Shown in pieces: positions 62,983-64,000 of a stretch of 64,000 nt of DNA; position 1 is the first letter of the stretch, and every line of letters begins with the position of its first letter. The notes under the pieces were generated by a model. That model made no database searches and was not told the DNA's origin. It was given only the letters and a program-made list of their open reading frames with translations. Source of the stretch: a virus (lineage: Duplodnaviria > Caudoviricetes); IMG/VR virus record IMGVR_UViG_3300032030_000041, positions 31,087 through 95,086 of that record; one strand, written 5' to 3'. The position numbers were made by a program, and so were the translations under genes.

Positions 62983-63490
62983 TGTCTAATCCTCGGAAAC
63001 TATCCTTTAAGTCCTGAGCTACTTCTTGAGCGAATCTATCACATTCATTATTCCAATAATTGTCAGCATGGCCTTTTACCTTTGAAAAGCTATACCAGAA
63101 GTTTTCAAAATATGGAATAATTTGAACCCATAAATCTTGGTTTGCGACATCTTCACCTTTAGAATTAACCCATCCATTAATTTGCCACTTGTTATACCAT
63201 TGCTGCTTATAACAGTTAATGGCATAAGCTGAGTCACTGTAAATAATGACACGTTCATTAGGATGCCGGTTGAGGCGTGCGTACTCTAAGGCATTGCGAA
63301 TTGCTAATAATTCCATTCGCTGATTTGTGGTGTCCTGTTCGCCGCCGCAAGCCCGGTATTGAAATTCACCTCCACGTAGGGCAACAAAGCTCCAGCCGCC
63401 AAAACGTATTTTGGCTAAACTTTTACATGACCCATCTGTGTAAATTTCTAAAGCTGCAATTTGTTCTGCACTACGTTTTCCTTGAACCAT
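62972..63490 (-). CDS. rnhA: Ribonuclease HI
   Basis: IYTDGSC, TTNQRMEL, YSDSAY, VANQDLW, KVKGHA, NNECDRFA. Confidence 0.95.
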   Translation of the reverse strand: MVQGKRSAEQIAALEIYTDGSCKSLAKIRFGGWSFVALRGGEFQYRACGGEQDTTNQRMELLAIRNALEYARLNRHPNERVIIYSDSAYAINCYKQQWYNKWQINGWVNSKGEDVANQDLWVQIIPYFENFWYSFSKVKGHADNYWNNECDRFAQEVAQDLKDSFRGLDNER

Positions 63491-63512
63491 TTTACATCCT
63501 CCTTTTTAATTT

Positions 63513-63541
63513 ATTATACACTAAATTAAAAAGAATGTCAA
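63513..63541 (-). promoter_or_regulatory. SigmaA-type promoter
   Basis: TTGACA-17-TATAAT. Confidence 0.85.
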
Positions 63542-63985
63542 TTATTTGAGGAAATCATTCTTCTCTAGGCGCTCTTTATAAAGTGCCTAAATCCATTCAT
63601 ATTCGGCATTGAATACGCCATTTTTATCCCCTGTCTTTTCTAAGAGCGCTTCATACTTATCATGAAGTTCAGCAATATGTTTGAATTCGTCATGAGAATG
63701 ACGACGCCCATTGCGGCAAGAGTTAGCGAAATCTAAAATTTCCCAGCGTATTCTGTCTTTTTCATTTGCATCCATATTATCCTATAAGTTAGTAACCTAT
63801 TTGGCTATGTTTTTAATCTTATCATTAATATCATGAGTTAAATTTTTCCCAATCCATTTGATAAAAGAAGTAATAGGATTCCACTTAATAGGGGTAATTT
63901 GGATGAAAACGGAGCATATTAGGAGGACTTGGACAAAATTGTGAACAAGCCAATCTAATATGCGCTCAAGCTATGCTTGATTCAT
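63542..63985 (-). CDS. Holin-like / lysis-cassette membrane protein, 147 aa, 4 in-frame TAG
   Basis: RBS GGAGGTG; MNQA(Q)...VLLICSVFIQITPIKWNPITSFIKWIGK...RIRWEILDF...YE...EWI(Q)ALYKERLEKNDFLK. Resembles a family I recall next to endolysins in Firmicutes phages; the holin function is not established. Confidence 0.6.
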
Positions 63986-64000
63986 ATGGGTCTCACCTCC

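Overview
Part of a large tailed dsDNA phage genome. The host is most likely an anaerobic Firmicute: the window has sigma-A-type TTGACW-17-TATAAT promoters, AGGAG ribosome-binding sites and class III ribonucleotide reductase. The phage uses an alternative genetic code in which TAG is a sense codon, almost certainly Gln (table 15). The many short + strand ORFs in 1-22.3 kb are therefore pieces of four genes: the end of a tail-tube-like gene, a giant ~4854-aa tape measure protein (251-14815), a distal-tail-like protein (14823-16715) and a ~1843-aa tail/baseplate protein (16738-22269). That last protein ends in 38 perfectly periodic Cys-X-X-X repeats, and the tape measure carries a second 7-Cys block of the same kind. 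From 22.3 kb to the end, genes run on the - strand: RuvC-like resolvase, dUTPase, membrane-anchored GIY-YIG nuclease, formate channel-nrdG-nrdD, DnaE, RecJ, primase, helicase, AAA recombinase, SSB, topoisomerase II A/B, MoxR/VWA pair, nucleobase permease, deoxyribosyltransferase-like protein, PhoH, ClpP-like protein, ligase, kinase, RNase H and a holin-like protein. Core replication genes contain no internal TAG. Structural, lysis and a few accessory genes do, usually close to their start. Non-coding highlights are two anticodon-less tRNA-shaped RNAs (40.5-40.8 kb), a structured intergenic RNA (41.8-41.9 kb), a putative iteron origin next to a winged-helix gene (54.3-54.9 kb) and 11 near-consensus promoters. 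All calls were made by eye from motifs; no database searches were run.
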